From Macrostomum lignano (taxonomy: Eukaryota), in assembly GCA_002269645.1 (NCBI GenBank), contig NIVC01000275.1, positions 186,001-250,000 on the forward strand: a stretch of DNA of 64,000 bases, read 5' to 3'. Below are positions 41,352 through 54,890 of the stretch, in pieces. Position 1 is the first letter of the stretch; each line of letters begins with the position of its first letter. The position numbers and the translations under genes were made by a program. A model generated the notes under the pieces. The model was not told where the DNA came from and searched no databases. It worked only from the letters and a program-made list of their open reading frames with translations.

Positions 41352-44300
41352 CTGCGTGAGGACCGGAAGTGACTGATTCTAGAATGACCGGAAGTGACTG
41401 ATTCTAGAATAACTGGAAGTGACTGATTCTAGAATGACCGGAAGTGATTAATTTTAGAATGACCGGAAGTGACTGATTCTAGAATGACCGAAACAGACTG
41501 ATTCTAGAATGACCAGAAGTGACTGATTCTAGAATGACCGGAAGTGACTGATTCTAGAATGACCGGAAGTGACTGATTCTAGAATAACTGGAAGTGACTG
41601 ATTCTAGAATGACCGGAAGTGATTAATTTTAGAATGACCGGAAGTGACTGATTCTAGAATGACCGGAAGTGACTAATTCTAGAATTACCGGAAGTGACTG
41701 ATTCTAGAATGACCGGAAGTGACTAATTCTAGAGCAACCGGAAGGGACTAATTCTAGAATGACCGGAAGTGACTAATTCTAGAGCAACCGGAAGGGACTA
41801 ATTCTAGAATGACCGGAAGTGACTAATTCTAGAGCAACCGGAAGGGACTAATTCTAGAATGACCGGAAGTGACTGATTCTAGAATGATCGGAAGTGACTG
41901 ATTCTAGAATGATCGGAAGTGACTAATTCTAGAGTGACCGGAAGTGATTAATTTTAGAATGACCGGAAGTGACCGATTTTTTTAATGACCGGAAGCAACA
42001 AGCATAACAATCAGCCTTACCAAGTCCTGGTGACATTGGGCTCCGGCCTGGTAGGACAGAAGCGCATGCCGCTGAACTCATTGACTGACAGGCCGGCATA
42101 AGCATAGTAAAACACGGACAGGTAGCGGCACCAGCTCAGCCAGCCGACCGATGCGATATTAATCAAGAATCCGCCAAACACCATCATGAATACGTACATG
42201 ATGGAGATGAGGATGTTGGCTATGCCAAACACGGACACGGAAGCCGAGACGAAGAATGCTACGCCGCAGGCTGCACAGGTGGCCAGCACCAGGTTGAGCT
42301 GGTAGAATAGGAAAGCCCCGGCTTCAAGGCGCAGCTGGGCCATGAAGTAAATGATGGGCATGAACAGCAGCACCTGGGTGGGGAAACGGTGCGGGAGAGA
42401 ATAGTCAGAAGTAGACAGCAGAGTAGGTTAGAAGTAGGCAGCAGAGTAGGGTCAGAAGTAGGCAGCAGAGTAGGGTCAGAAGTAGATAGCAGAGTAGGGT
42501 CAGAAGTAGGAAGCACAGTAGAGGGGTAGACTTTGGCAGCAGAGTAGGGTCAGAAGTAGGCAGCAGAGTAGGGTCAGAAGTAGGCAGCAGAGTAGGGTCA
42601 GAAGTAGGCAGCAGAGTAGGGTCAGAAGTAGATAGCAGAGTAGGGTCAGAAGTAGGTAGCAGAGTAGGGTCAGAAGTAGGCAGCACAGTAGAGGGTAGAC
42701 TTTGGCAGCAGAGTAGGGTCAGAAGTAGGCAGCAGAGTAGGGTCAGAAGTAGGCAGCAGAGTAGGGTCAGAAGTAGGCAGCAGAGTAGGGTCAGAAGTAG
42801 GCAGCAGAGTAGGGCCAGAAGTAGGCAGCAGAGTAGGGTCAGAAGTAGGCAGCAGAGTAGAATGAGAAGTACGCAGCAGAGTAGGGCCAGAAGTAGGCAA
42901 CGGAGACGTTCCTCACCGGCAGAGTCTTGATGGGCAGCATGTCGCACAGAATCTTGGCCAAAAAGTACACCAGCACACTGTAGAATCCCGAAGAATTCTC
43001 GTGTATAAAGACTGCACGCTCTTTAATAAAGACCTCAACCGCGCTCAGATTGACAAAGACCATCTGCAGGGTGAGGAAGAAGAACAGGCCTTGGCGATTC
43101 TGAATGCCGGACTCCAGCGAGGTGTCGAGACCGAAGAACACGGTGCCAATGCTGAGCCCGAAGAACAGGTACACAATGAGCTGGATCACCGAGCTCTGGG
43201 GATTGCGGAACAGGTTCAGCCAGGTGCGCCAGGACACGTGCAGCAGCTGGCGGTGAAGATGAGTGGTACATTGGGTTTAAAAAATACTTTGATTGCAGCA
43301 ACTGAGAATCTGGGATGGTGGCGGTGGCACAGCAGCTGAGGGTCTGGGAGGCTGGCTCAGCAACTGAGGATCTGGGAGGCCTAGCAACTGGGGATCTGGG
43401 AGGCTGGCGCTGGCCCAGCAGCTGAGGGTCTGGGAGGCTGGCCCAGCAACTAAGGATCTGGGAGGCTGGCCGAGCAACTGAGGATCTGGGAGGCTGGCCC
43501 AGCAGCTGAGGATCTGGGAGGCTGGCCCAGCAGCTGAGGATCTGGGAGGCTGGCCCAGCAGCTGAGGATCTGGGAGGCTGGCCCAGCAACTGAGGATCTG
43601 GGAGGCTGGCCTAGCAGCCGAGGATCTGGGAGGCTGGCCCAGCAACTGAGGATCTGGGAGGCTGGCCTAGCAGCCGAGGATCTGGGAGGCTGGCCCAGCA
43701 GCTGAGGATCTGGGAGGCTGGCCCAGCAGCCGAGGATCTGGGAGGCTGGCCCAGCAGCTGAGGATCTGGGAGGCTGGCCCAGCAACTGAGGATCTGGGAG
43801 GCTGGCCCAGCAACTGAGGATCTGGGAGGCTGGCCAAGCAACTGAGAATCTGAGAGGCTGGCCCAGCAACTGAGGATCTGGGAGGCTGGCCCAGCAGCCG
43901 AGGATCTGGGAGGCTGGCCCAGCAGCCGAGGATCTGGGAGTCAAGCTGCGCAGAGGCAAAGATCCACAGGCCGTAGGCAGGTTCACCTGGTTACCAAAGC
44001 CGGTGGGATAAGCTCGCCTGCTCAGCTGCCGAGTCTGCACGCTGCCGCTGCCGCCGCCGCCGTTGTTGATCTGCGCGGCACCCTGGCAGATTTCCTCAAC
44101 AGACCGCTCGATGCTGCGCGCCAGCTGCGACCGGCGCCACTCGTTAACCAGGTGCTGCGCAATGGCGTTCGATTGGTCCTTCTGCGCGTCCTGGTCCGGC
44201 TCGACTGCGGCTCGACTGGGGAGGGAGAGGATGGGCAGTCGGATTTGGGGTGGGGGACCTGGCGGCGGCGAGACAGACGGGCGGGTGTCAGATGAAATTA

Positions 44301-47300
44301 CTTTGATTTGATCCGTCAATTCTGAAGATTCGAAAAATCCATTGAAGTAAGCCGCCTAACGGAACTAAAAATCGTCCAAAATGAGCTATTAAACGGATCA
44401 GTAAAATCCTTTGATGTGAGCCGCCTAACAAAACCAACAAAAATCCTTTGATGAGCCGCCTAGCGAGACCCATAAAAATCCTTTGATGTGAGCCGCCTAG
44501 CGAGACCCATAAAAATCCTTTGATGTGAGCCGCCTAGCGAGACCCATAAAAATCATTTGATGTAGGCCGCCTAGCGAGACCCATAAAAATCATTTGATGT
44601 AGGCCGCCTAGCGAGACCCATAAAAATCATTTGATGTGAGCCGCCTAGCGAGACCCATAAAAATCATTTGATGTAGGCCGCCTAGCGAGACCCATAAAAA
44701 TCATTTGATGTAGGCCGCCTAGCGAGACCCATAAAAATCATTTGATGTAAGCCGCCTAGCGAGACCCATAAATATCTTTTGATGTAAGTCACCTAACGGC
44801 GACTGTCCCCAAACAGTATGCGACGCAGGCAAGATTGAAGTGCATAGTGGAAAACCAAGCGACAAGGCAGCCGTGACGGGTATAGTGACACACTCACTGC
44901 TTAAAACACGCTTAACAAACAGGATATTGCGCGCGACAGTTCTCAGAAATATTGATTAGCTTCAATACGCTACTATGAACCATTAACTGAGCCAATTCGG
45001 GTTCATTGATACACTATCAAGTTAAATTAAACGACACCAAATAGATACCCAAAGTTGAACCGAACAGCGGCGGACGGGTCCAGCTGCAGCACTGAGTAAG
45101 ATAAAGCAAACAAATTAAAAATGAACAAATTTGATGCATGCCACATGAAAACACAAAGAAAAAACTGCAAAACTAACAAGGTGGGGAGTTTGGCACCGAG
45201 CCAAATCAGTTCTCACCTGCCGATTCGAATTCGATGCTGTCGCATAGAAATTCCGGATCGTCTACGAATACTGGTTGGTTTTGATCAGCAATTAATCTAC
45301 GAGTGGTTTCTCCTCTTATATTTATTCTAGAGAAAACTACTGACAGTAGGCAGTACAAAAATGTGGTATATTTTCTTTAAAATGGTTAAATTCTCAATTT
45401 TTAAACTAAAAAAGCGAGGTTCACGGCTATACGGGTTGCAACGGGAAGATTTCCATGCACACTGGGACAGCGAGACCGTTGCCTCACCATCTTCATCATC
45501 GAGCGGATCGGCCTGATCCAGCGCCTGCCCGCCAGCGGCTCCGGCCGGCAGCTCGCCGTGCACCATGTCCATGAAGAAGTCGGGCGGGCTGTTGTGCGTG
45601 TCGCAGATGTAGCCTGGGTAAGCGGCAATTGACAAAGACTTGCCGAAAATAGTGCTGGAGAAAGACATTCGGAAATGGGAGCAAAGACACGAGGTAGGAA
45701 TACAAAGACACAAACAATCAGAGTAATCATCACACATCAGAGTAAATACACTTGAAAGCCAAATAAACTCACTTTACATTCAGAGTAGACACACAAATCA
45801 GAATAAACACACACAAACTAAAAAAACACATAAAACAACAATAAACACACACAAAATCAGAACAAACACACAAAAAAATCAGAAGAAACATACACAAACT
45901 CAGAAAAAAAACATAAATCAGAATAAACACACACAAAATCAGAAAAAAACACACACAAACTCAGAATAAAGACACACAAAATCAGGACAAACACACAAAA
46001 AATCAGAATAAACACACACAAACTCAGAATAAAGACACACAACCTCAGAAAAACACACACAAAATCAGAATAAAGACACACAAAATCAGGACAAACACAC
46101 AAAAAATCAGAATAAACACACACAAACTCAGAATAAAGACACACAAAATCAGGATAAACACATACAAACTCAGAAAAAAACATAAATCAGAATAAACACA
46201 CACAAAATCAGAAAAAACACACACAAACTCAGAATAAAGACACACAACCTCAGAAAACACACACACAAAATCAGGACAAACACACACAAACTCAGAAAAA
46301 ACACACAAAATTAGAACAAACACATGCAAAATCAGAATAAACACACGAGAGCAGAGTTATCACACGTTAAGTCCAAAAAGCCACGAGAAATCAATAAGAA
46401 CAAAGACACACAGACTTGGAACAACATCAGTCGCAGGTAGCACTCACCCAGGTCTTTAAAATACTTCAACGGAGCGCTGCCGGCCCTGCCGTGGTAGATA
46501 ACCTCGCCGTTAACCAGCAGAGTGAGGTAGCTGAACAGCCGGTAGATGGAGTACTTGGGCTGGTGAATGGAGAACACAACGGTGCGGCCCCGGTTAGCCA
46601 GGCTGCGCATCGTTCGAATTACCGAGCCGGCCGTGAAGGCGTCCAATCCGGTGGTCGGCTCGTCCAGGAACAGCACGCTGGGGTCCGTGATCAGCTCCAT
46701 GCCGATGTTGGTCCGCTTGCGCTCACCACCTGAGACGCCCCGGATAAGCTCAGTGCCGATCTTGGAGTCCGCCACCTTGGCTAGGCCCAGCTCCGCTATC
46801 ACCGCCTCCACCTGGCAACCGGGAGGCGCGACAGCTGCTCCATTGCAATTCTAACATTTTAGTTAAATTCCACTGCTCCCCGCTGCCAAGAATCAGTTTC
46901 ATAGAATCATTAAAACATTAGCATCCATAATTTCCTACAATACTAAAATTTATTGAAATTCTGATTTCATAGAATATCTGGTTTAACTGACTCCCTAAAT
47001 TTCTAGATAAATGAATTTCCTAAAATACCAGATTTCTTAAAATCCCACATTTCTTAGAATACCTAATTTCCTAGCCTCTCTGATTTCCTAGAATCTCTGA
47101 TTTCCTAGAATCTCTGATTTCCTAGAAACTCCGATTTCCTGGAATTTCGATTTCTTTGAATCCCTGATTGTTTAGAAATATCCGATTCCCAGGAAATCTT
47201 ATTTCTTAGAATCTCTGATCTCCTACAATCTCTGATTTCTTTAGAATCTCTGATTTCCTAGAATCTCTGATTTCCTAGAATCTCTGATTTCTTTAGAATC

Positions 47301-50300
47301 TCTGATTTCCTAGAATCTCTGATTTCTTAGAATCTCTGATTTCTTTAGAATCTCTGATTTCTTTAGAATCTCTGATTTCCTAGAGTCTCTGATTTCCTAG
47401 AATCTCTGATTTCCTAGAATCTCTGATTTCCTAGAATCTCTGATTTATGTCAATCTCTGATTTCCTTGAATATCCGATTTCCAGGATTTCGGGTTTCCTA
47501 GAATCTATAATTTCTTAGAATACTTGATTTCGTAGAATCTCCGCTTTCCAGAATTCGGATTTCCTACAATCCCTTATTTTCTAGAATACTTAACTTCATG
47601 GAATCCCGGAATTTCCTACTTCTATCATCGTACACCCAATTCCTAGTATCCATAAATTTCATAGAAATCCCGATTGCGTAGAATGGCCTGAATTTATTTT
47701 AAAACCATCTCATTACTCCAAAATTCAAACAGCTCCGCAGAAAAGCCCCCCCCCCTCACTTTCTGCATTCGCTCCTCCCGAGTCCAATTGCCCGGCAGCC
47801 GAACAGACGCAGAGAAGTACAAATTCTCTCGAACAGTCAGCGTGCCCATCACGATGTCGTCTTGAACAACGTAGCCTGACACCCGCTTGAAATTGTCCGG
47901 CGGACTTTGGCCGTCAATCAGCACGCGGCCGGTGACGCAGCGGGGGTCCTTGCGGCAGGCCAGCACGTCGAGCAGGCTGGTCTTGCCGCACCCGGTGGGG
48001 CCCATGATGGCGTTCAGGCCCGGCCGCATCAGCCCGCTGCGGAAGGTTCAAGTCTTGTTGGGTAGTTCGCGCATGCACTTACCCCGACCTTCCCACTCGC
48101 TGATTGGTTCCCCGCACCAACCCCAACCTCCACTACTCGCCGATCGGTTCCCCTCACCCAACCCAACATCCACTACTCGCTGATTGGTTCCCCTACACCC
48201 AACCCAAACCTCCACTACTCGCTGATTGGTTCCCCTACACCCAACCCAAACCTCCACTACTCGCTGATTGGTTCCCCTACACCCAACCCAAACCTCCACT
48301 ACTCGCTGATTGGTTCCCCGAAACCACCCCAACCTCCACTACTCACTGATTGGTTCCCCGCACCCAACCCAACATCCACTACTCGCTGATTGGTTCTTCG
48401 CACCCATCCCAACCTCCACTACTGGCTGATTGGTTCCCCGCACCCAACCCAACCTCCACTACTCGCTGATTGGTTCCCCGCACCCAACCCACACTCAGCT
48501 ACTCGCTGATTGGTTCCACGCACCTAACCCACACTCAGCTACTCGCTGATTGGTTCCCCGCACCCACCTAAACCTCCACTACTTTCTGCCCCCCAACCAA
48601 TCAAAACTCACCTAACGTCTGTCAGGACAACCTTCCTCACCGGCCGACTCCAAGGAAACCGCTTAACGGACACTTCGTATCCGACATCCCGGAAGCTGAT
48701 AACCGATCCCCTGGCGCTTCCGGCTCTCGATCGGCCGGAGTAGGCCGAGCCGCCGCTGCAGCTGCTGCGCCTGTAGTACGCGCCGCCAGCCAGTTCCCCA
48801 GTCGAAGAGGCTAAATCCCGACTATAGCAGCCGCCGTCGCCGATCACGTGATCTCCCAAGACGTCTCGATTGGCGCCGTTGCCGCCGCCCACGCTGTTGG
48901 GGCCGTCGTCGGCGCCGCTGCGTTCCCCTAACAGGACGCGAGAGGCGGCGCCAAGCGAGGCCTGACTCTCTGACAGCAGGGGCCGATTGTCCGTGCGCCG
49001 AGCGGCCGGCTTGGGCAGCTGGTCGCGCAGGTACTGGCCCACCTGTACGAGCCGATAATTGTTAATTAGCAACAGTAAGAGTTAATATTAAACAGACATA
49101 AATAGAAAGCGGCTTGCCAGTAAAAAAAATAAGTTTGCCTTGCACTTCTAGGCTGCATTTGAATGGACACTGTCAGTTAAAGAAACTGAAAACCATTCTT
49201 TCGCGACTGGTACTTCTGCAGCAAAAAAGACAATAATTAGGTTATAAGGTACCCAAGGGTTCCTTATAACCAGACAGACAGACAGACACACACTCTTACG
49301 ACTGTCTGTGTGTTTAGCGGGACCTGAGTTATGTTAATGCGTTACGTGGACCACGCAATTTCGGTTAAAAAAATAGAGTCTGTTTTGACAACGCGAAAGG
49401 CTAGCTAGGGTTATCTTTTTGTTAACTTGACGGAATAGCCAGTTCGGGGAAACTGTGGTGGTTCACTAACTACGTTTTGGGGACCGGGTTAGGTGGACCG
49501 CAAAAAAACAGTTGGTTTAGTTAGACCTCTTTCGTTGTAGAAAATTTATTGCTTTAAACTGTTCTTTTGAACTAATTAAAACAGAAATTCTCAAAAAGAA
49601 CAGATAAAAGGGTTACGACGTCATTTAATGAAAATATCCCAAGTTCAAACCAATTTATTTAGCATTACTAATCGGGTTAATCGGGTTAAACAAATGTACG
49701 ATCGCATTAGTTAGTTGCGTCGCGTGAATACAAGAAGGTGAATGAAAATAAAGCATTTTGAAAATAAATACAGAATCATATCAAATACTAACTGTAAACT
49801 CATTAAAACTAATTTAGGTCAAAATGTATGCTTCAAATACATGTTAACAAACGTAAGATTCCATTAGTTAAAAAGGTCATCCGAGTACGAGCCTACAAGA
49901 AGTTGAAGGGCATTTTTAATAACGACAAAAGTTACTAAAACTGAAATTAAATTGTTTTGACTACATCAGTCCTATTATACTGAATGAGTTGGTGAGCAAT
50001 CATATGATAAGCCAATCATTTTACCGACTTTCATCTTTTCGTTCACGCAGATGATGGCCTTATCTTCTTATTTTTTCTACGAAATATTCTCCTGGACCTT
50101 CCCTGCCTCCGTGGTCCGGGACCGCTTCTGTTATTGATCTGTCATTGCCTCTCTCACGAATTTCAGCTTACTCAGCCATCGAATCCACTTTCGTCAGCTC
50201 AGCTCTATGATGAACCTTTCTATATTTCTCGTCAATTAGTGGTTTAAATCTTCTTTTACAGTTCGTTTTAACCTTCATCTCGGTGAAACGCAGTCAGTCT

Positions 50301-53300
50301 CGTCGAGCTCAGGCGAACAAAATCAACCACAGGCTCCTACAAAGGTAGAAAATAAAAATAACTGACAATCAAACAGACACAGAAATCTGTTCCAGTTGTG
50401 TCTGTAGGTTATGTGGACCACCTCAGATCCAGAGCCTCAAACAGACAGAGAAATCTGTTCGAGTTGTGTCTGTAGGTGAGGTGAACCACCTTCTGAGAGC
50501 CTAAGCCTCAAACAGACTGAGAGAGCTGCTTCAGTTCTGTCTGTAGGTTATGTGGACCACCTAAGAGCCAGAGCCTCAAACAGACAGAGAAATCTGTTCG
50601 AGTTGTGTCTGTAGGTTAGGTGGACCACCTAAGAGCCAGAGCCTCAAACAGACAGAGAAATCTGTTCGAGTTGTGTCTGTAGGTTAGGTGGACCAGCTAC
50701 TCCACAGCACTTCTAGGCGATAATCTGAGCCAGGAGTCTCCGAGAGACTTTCGTTACACATCCAGATGTTCTGCCTTGATGCTGGACTAGCTCACTTTCT
50801 AGGAATATGTTCTGATTGCATTCTAACAAACTGAAGCATTTTCTGCACTAAACTTTCTCGGTGGCTCTGAGAGCCAGAGCCTTAAACAGACAGAGAAATC
50901 TGTTCGAGTTGTGTCTGTAGGTTAGGTGGACCAGCTACTGAGAGCCAAAGCCTCAAACAGACTGAGAGAGCTGCTTCAGTTGTGTCTGTAGGTTATGTGG
51001 ACCACCTAAGAGCCAGAGCCCTAAACAGACAGAGAAATCTGTTCGAGTTGTGTCTGTAGGTTAGGTGGACCAGCTACTCCACAGCACTTCTAGGCGATAA
51101 TCTGAGCCAGGAATCTCCGAGAGCCTCTCGTTACACATCCAGATGTTCTACCTCGATGCTGGACTAGCTCACTTTCTAGGAATCTGTTCTGATTGCATTC
51201 TAACAAACTGAAGCATTCTCGGCACTAAACTTTCTCGGCGGCTCTGAGATCCAGAGCCTCAAACAGACAGAGAAATCTGTTCGAGTTGTGTCTGTAGGTT
51301 AGGTGGACCAGCTACTCCAAAGCACTTCTAGGCGATAATCTGAGCCAGGAATCTCCGAGAGCCTCTCGTTACACATCCAGATGTTCTACCTTGATGCTGG
51401 ACTAGCTCACTTTCTAGGAATCTGTTCTGATTGCATTCTAACAAACTGAAGCATTCTCGGCACTAAACTTTCTCGGCGGCTCTGAGATCCAGAGCCTCAA
51501 ACAGACAGAGAAATCTGTTCGAGTTGTGTCTGTAGGTTAGGTGGACCAGCTACTCCAAAGCACTTCTAGGCGATAATCTGAGCCAGGAATCTCCGAGAGC
51601 CTCTCGTTACACATCCAGATGTTCTACCTTGATGCTGGACTAGCTCACTTTCTAGGAATATGTTCTGATTGCATTCTAACAAACTGAAGCATTCTCGGCA
51701 CTAAACTTTCTCGGCGGCTCTGAGAGCCAGAGCCTCAAACAGACAGAGAAATCTGTTCGAGTTGTGTCTGTAGGTTAGGTGGACCAGCTATTCTACAGCA
51801 CTTCTAGGCGATAATCTGAGCCAGGAATCTCCAAGAGCCTCTCGTTACACATCCAGATGTTCTGCCTTGATGCTGGACTAGCTCACTTTCTAGGAATCTG
51901 TTCTGATTGCATTCTAACAAACTGAAGCATTCTCGGCACTAAACTTTCTCGGCGGCTCTGAGATCCAGAGCCTCAAACAGACAGAAATCTGTTCGAGTTG
52001 TGTCTGTAGGTTAGGTGGACCAGCTACTCCACAGCACTTCTAGGCGATAATCTGAGCCAGGAGTCTCCGAGAGACTTTCGTTACACATCCAGATGTTCTG
52101 CCTTGATGCTGGACTAGCTCACTTTCTAGGAATCTGTTCTGATTGCATTCTAACAAACTGAAGCATTTTCTGCACTAAACTTTCTCGGCGGCTCTGAGAG
52201 CCAGAGCCTTAAACAGACAGAGAAATCTGTTCGAGTTGTGTCTGTAGGTTAGGTGGACCAGCTACTGAGAGCCAAAGCCTCAAACAGACTGAGAGAGCTG
52301 CTTCAGTTGTGTCTGTAGGTTATGTGGACCACCTAAGAGCCAGAGCCCTAAACAGACAGAGAAATCTGTTCGAGTTGTGTCTGTAGGTTAGGTGGACCAG
52401 CTACTCCACAGCACTTCTAGGCGATAATCTGAGCCAGGAATCTCCGAGAGCCTCTCGTTACACATCCAGATGTTCTACCTCGATGCTGGACTAGCTCACT
52501 TTCTAGGAATCTGTTCTGATTGCATTCTAACAAACTGAAGCATTCTCGGCACTAAACTTTCTCGGCGGCTCTGAGAGCCAGAGCCTCAAACAGACAGAGA
52601 AATCTGTTCGAGTTGTGTCTGTAGGTTAGGTGGACCACCTTCTGAGAGCCAAAGCCTCAAACAGACTGAGAGAGCTGATTCAGTTGTGTCTGTAGGTTAG
52701 GTGGACCAGCTTCTCTACAGCAATTGAGTTGCAGGCCCTGCAGCTAGCTACTTTGAGATCATCAAACGAAACTCACTTTTCTGGACTCGGTGTCGACGGA
52801 TTTGCGAGCAGACTGATGATTTTCACCAGGCGATGCGGCTTCTTCGATTTCGCAGTGGCTTTTTGCGACGGTGTTTTTTTAGTTTTTATTTTAGGCTTGG
52901 CGTCCTTTTTTGCGGGTTATCATATCTTGGTTGTAGATTACAGTTTTTGGCACAATAAATTTATATGTGGATGAAACTTGGAGTAAGGATTAACATTAGA
53001 CCTATTAAGTATAAAAAACCGTTCTAATCTATACAATTGCAATCCTTTAGAGTTGTATAGTATGGATTATAAGTACTTTCTTTTAAACTGTCTGTGTCTG
53101 GTCTCACTACGCCATGGTTTACGTGGACCACCCGCTTAGACATTATATATCCCTCTCTCCACTGTCTTACCTTCAGAACGCTTGCGGGTTTCCTATTGGC
53201 TGCGGTCGGTCCCATTGTTGGGGTGGATCTATCCTCCTAAGTGTTAACCAGCCAATTATAGAAAGGGAGGTCTGTCTGTCTGTCTGTTCCAACCCTATAC

Positions 53301-54464
53301 TCCTGCACATGTGTTTACGTGGACCAAACAGACAGTGAGTGTTAGGCTGACTGTTAATGCGTTCTTAGTTTTACTGGGACCGCAATCAAGTCGACCTTTT
53401 GCTAGAGAGTCAGAGACCCGATCGCTAGCTAAAAGGCCCTTCTTAATTGCGTCCTCTTGATCAAATCTTTTGCATGTACATGTATGAATTGTCCTTTTCA
53501 ATTAGGTAAATTGCATCTTCAACTTTGCACTTGAAAGGCTGCAGCTTAGGATCTTCTTCTTCCAACATTGGAGGAGGATAGAACAGGATATCCCATAGTG
53601 TTTAGGATAGAATTGGCAAGCACTTAATTCATGAAGTTGCTATTTTCTTCTTGTGTAATGGTAGAGCCTCAGAAATTCGCATTTACACAGTGTGGCTATC
53701 AAGGACCACTGGGAGTTCTTGAGAAGTCATTGAAGAATACTATTTAAGCTTCACTTAAATATCTTTCTTGTCTCGGAGTCTTTATCGTTTGATCTGGTTA
53801 GCGAATTGGATTTCTTTACGTTGGTGTCTTACTCTGTGAGTCTGTGCTCAGAGTACGATACCGGAATTGCTGGAACTGAGCTAATTAAATGGAGTTTAAA
53901 GTTTACTGTATCAAATTCATTTCGCATACGAGGTTTCAGAATTTTTAATTAACCTGCGCACCTACTTGAATGTCAAAGAACTGAACGCATATTGTTTTAA
54001 AGCCAGTAGCGGTCATAATATGATGCCAACATAGCCCTTTGTTCGTAAGGTAATGATCTGTAAAAAATTCAGTTTTGCATTGAATCTATGCTTAATAACT
54101 GCTATACACAAACAGACACAAACAGACACAAACAGACACAAACAGACGATTTCGAAAAATTTTCTGAAATTTTTCGGTTTACGTGGACCAGACTCGCTCG
54201 GTTTAGGTAGACCAGGCTGGAGGTCCAGCTAAACTGAAATGCAAATAACTTTGGCAAAATCCATGCTAGACATCCCAAAATTGCTTAAGCCTTTCTTGAC
54301 CCGCCTGACATTAATGTGAGATCCTCATCAACGTCTTAACCCCACCAGAGACAAAATTATTTGGTGGTCCACCTAAGTGGTCTACCTACACCGGTTGGTC
54401 CAGCTAACGAGGCTACTGAACTTCCAAAAAGTCCACGTAAACACACAGACAGTAGAACAGACAC

Positions 54465-54509
<45 letters not shown>

Positions 54510-54529
54510 AATCAAAAGACACTAATGCC

Positions 54530-54594
<65 letters not shown>

Positions 54595-54629
54595 CTAAGA
54601 CAGACAGACACTAAGACAGACAGACACTA

Positions 54630-54710
<81 letters not shown>

Positions 54711-54713
54711 CTA

Positions 54714-54750
<37 letters not shown>

Positions 54751-54785
54751 CTAAGACAGACAGACAGACAGACAGACAGACACTA

Positions 54786-54850
<65 letters not shown>

Positions 54851-54853
54851 CTA

Positions 54854-54890
<37 letters not shown>

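Noticed and set aside
41361-41995. TTCTAGAA repeats as heat-shock elements
   Set aside because: Each unit has only two inverted nGAAn pentamers, and neighbouring GAA triplets are out of register for a three-unit or gap-type HSE.
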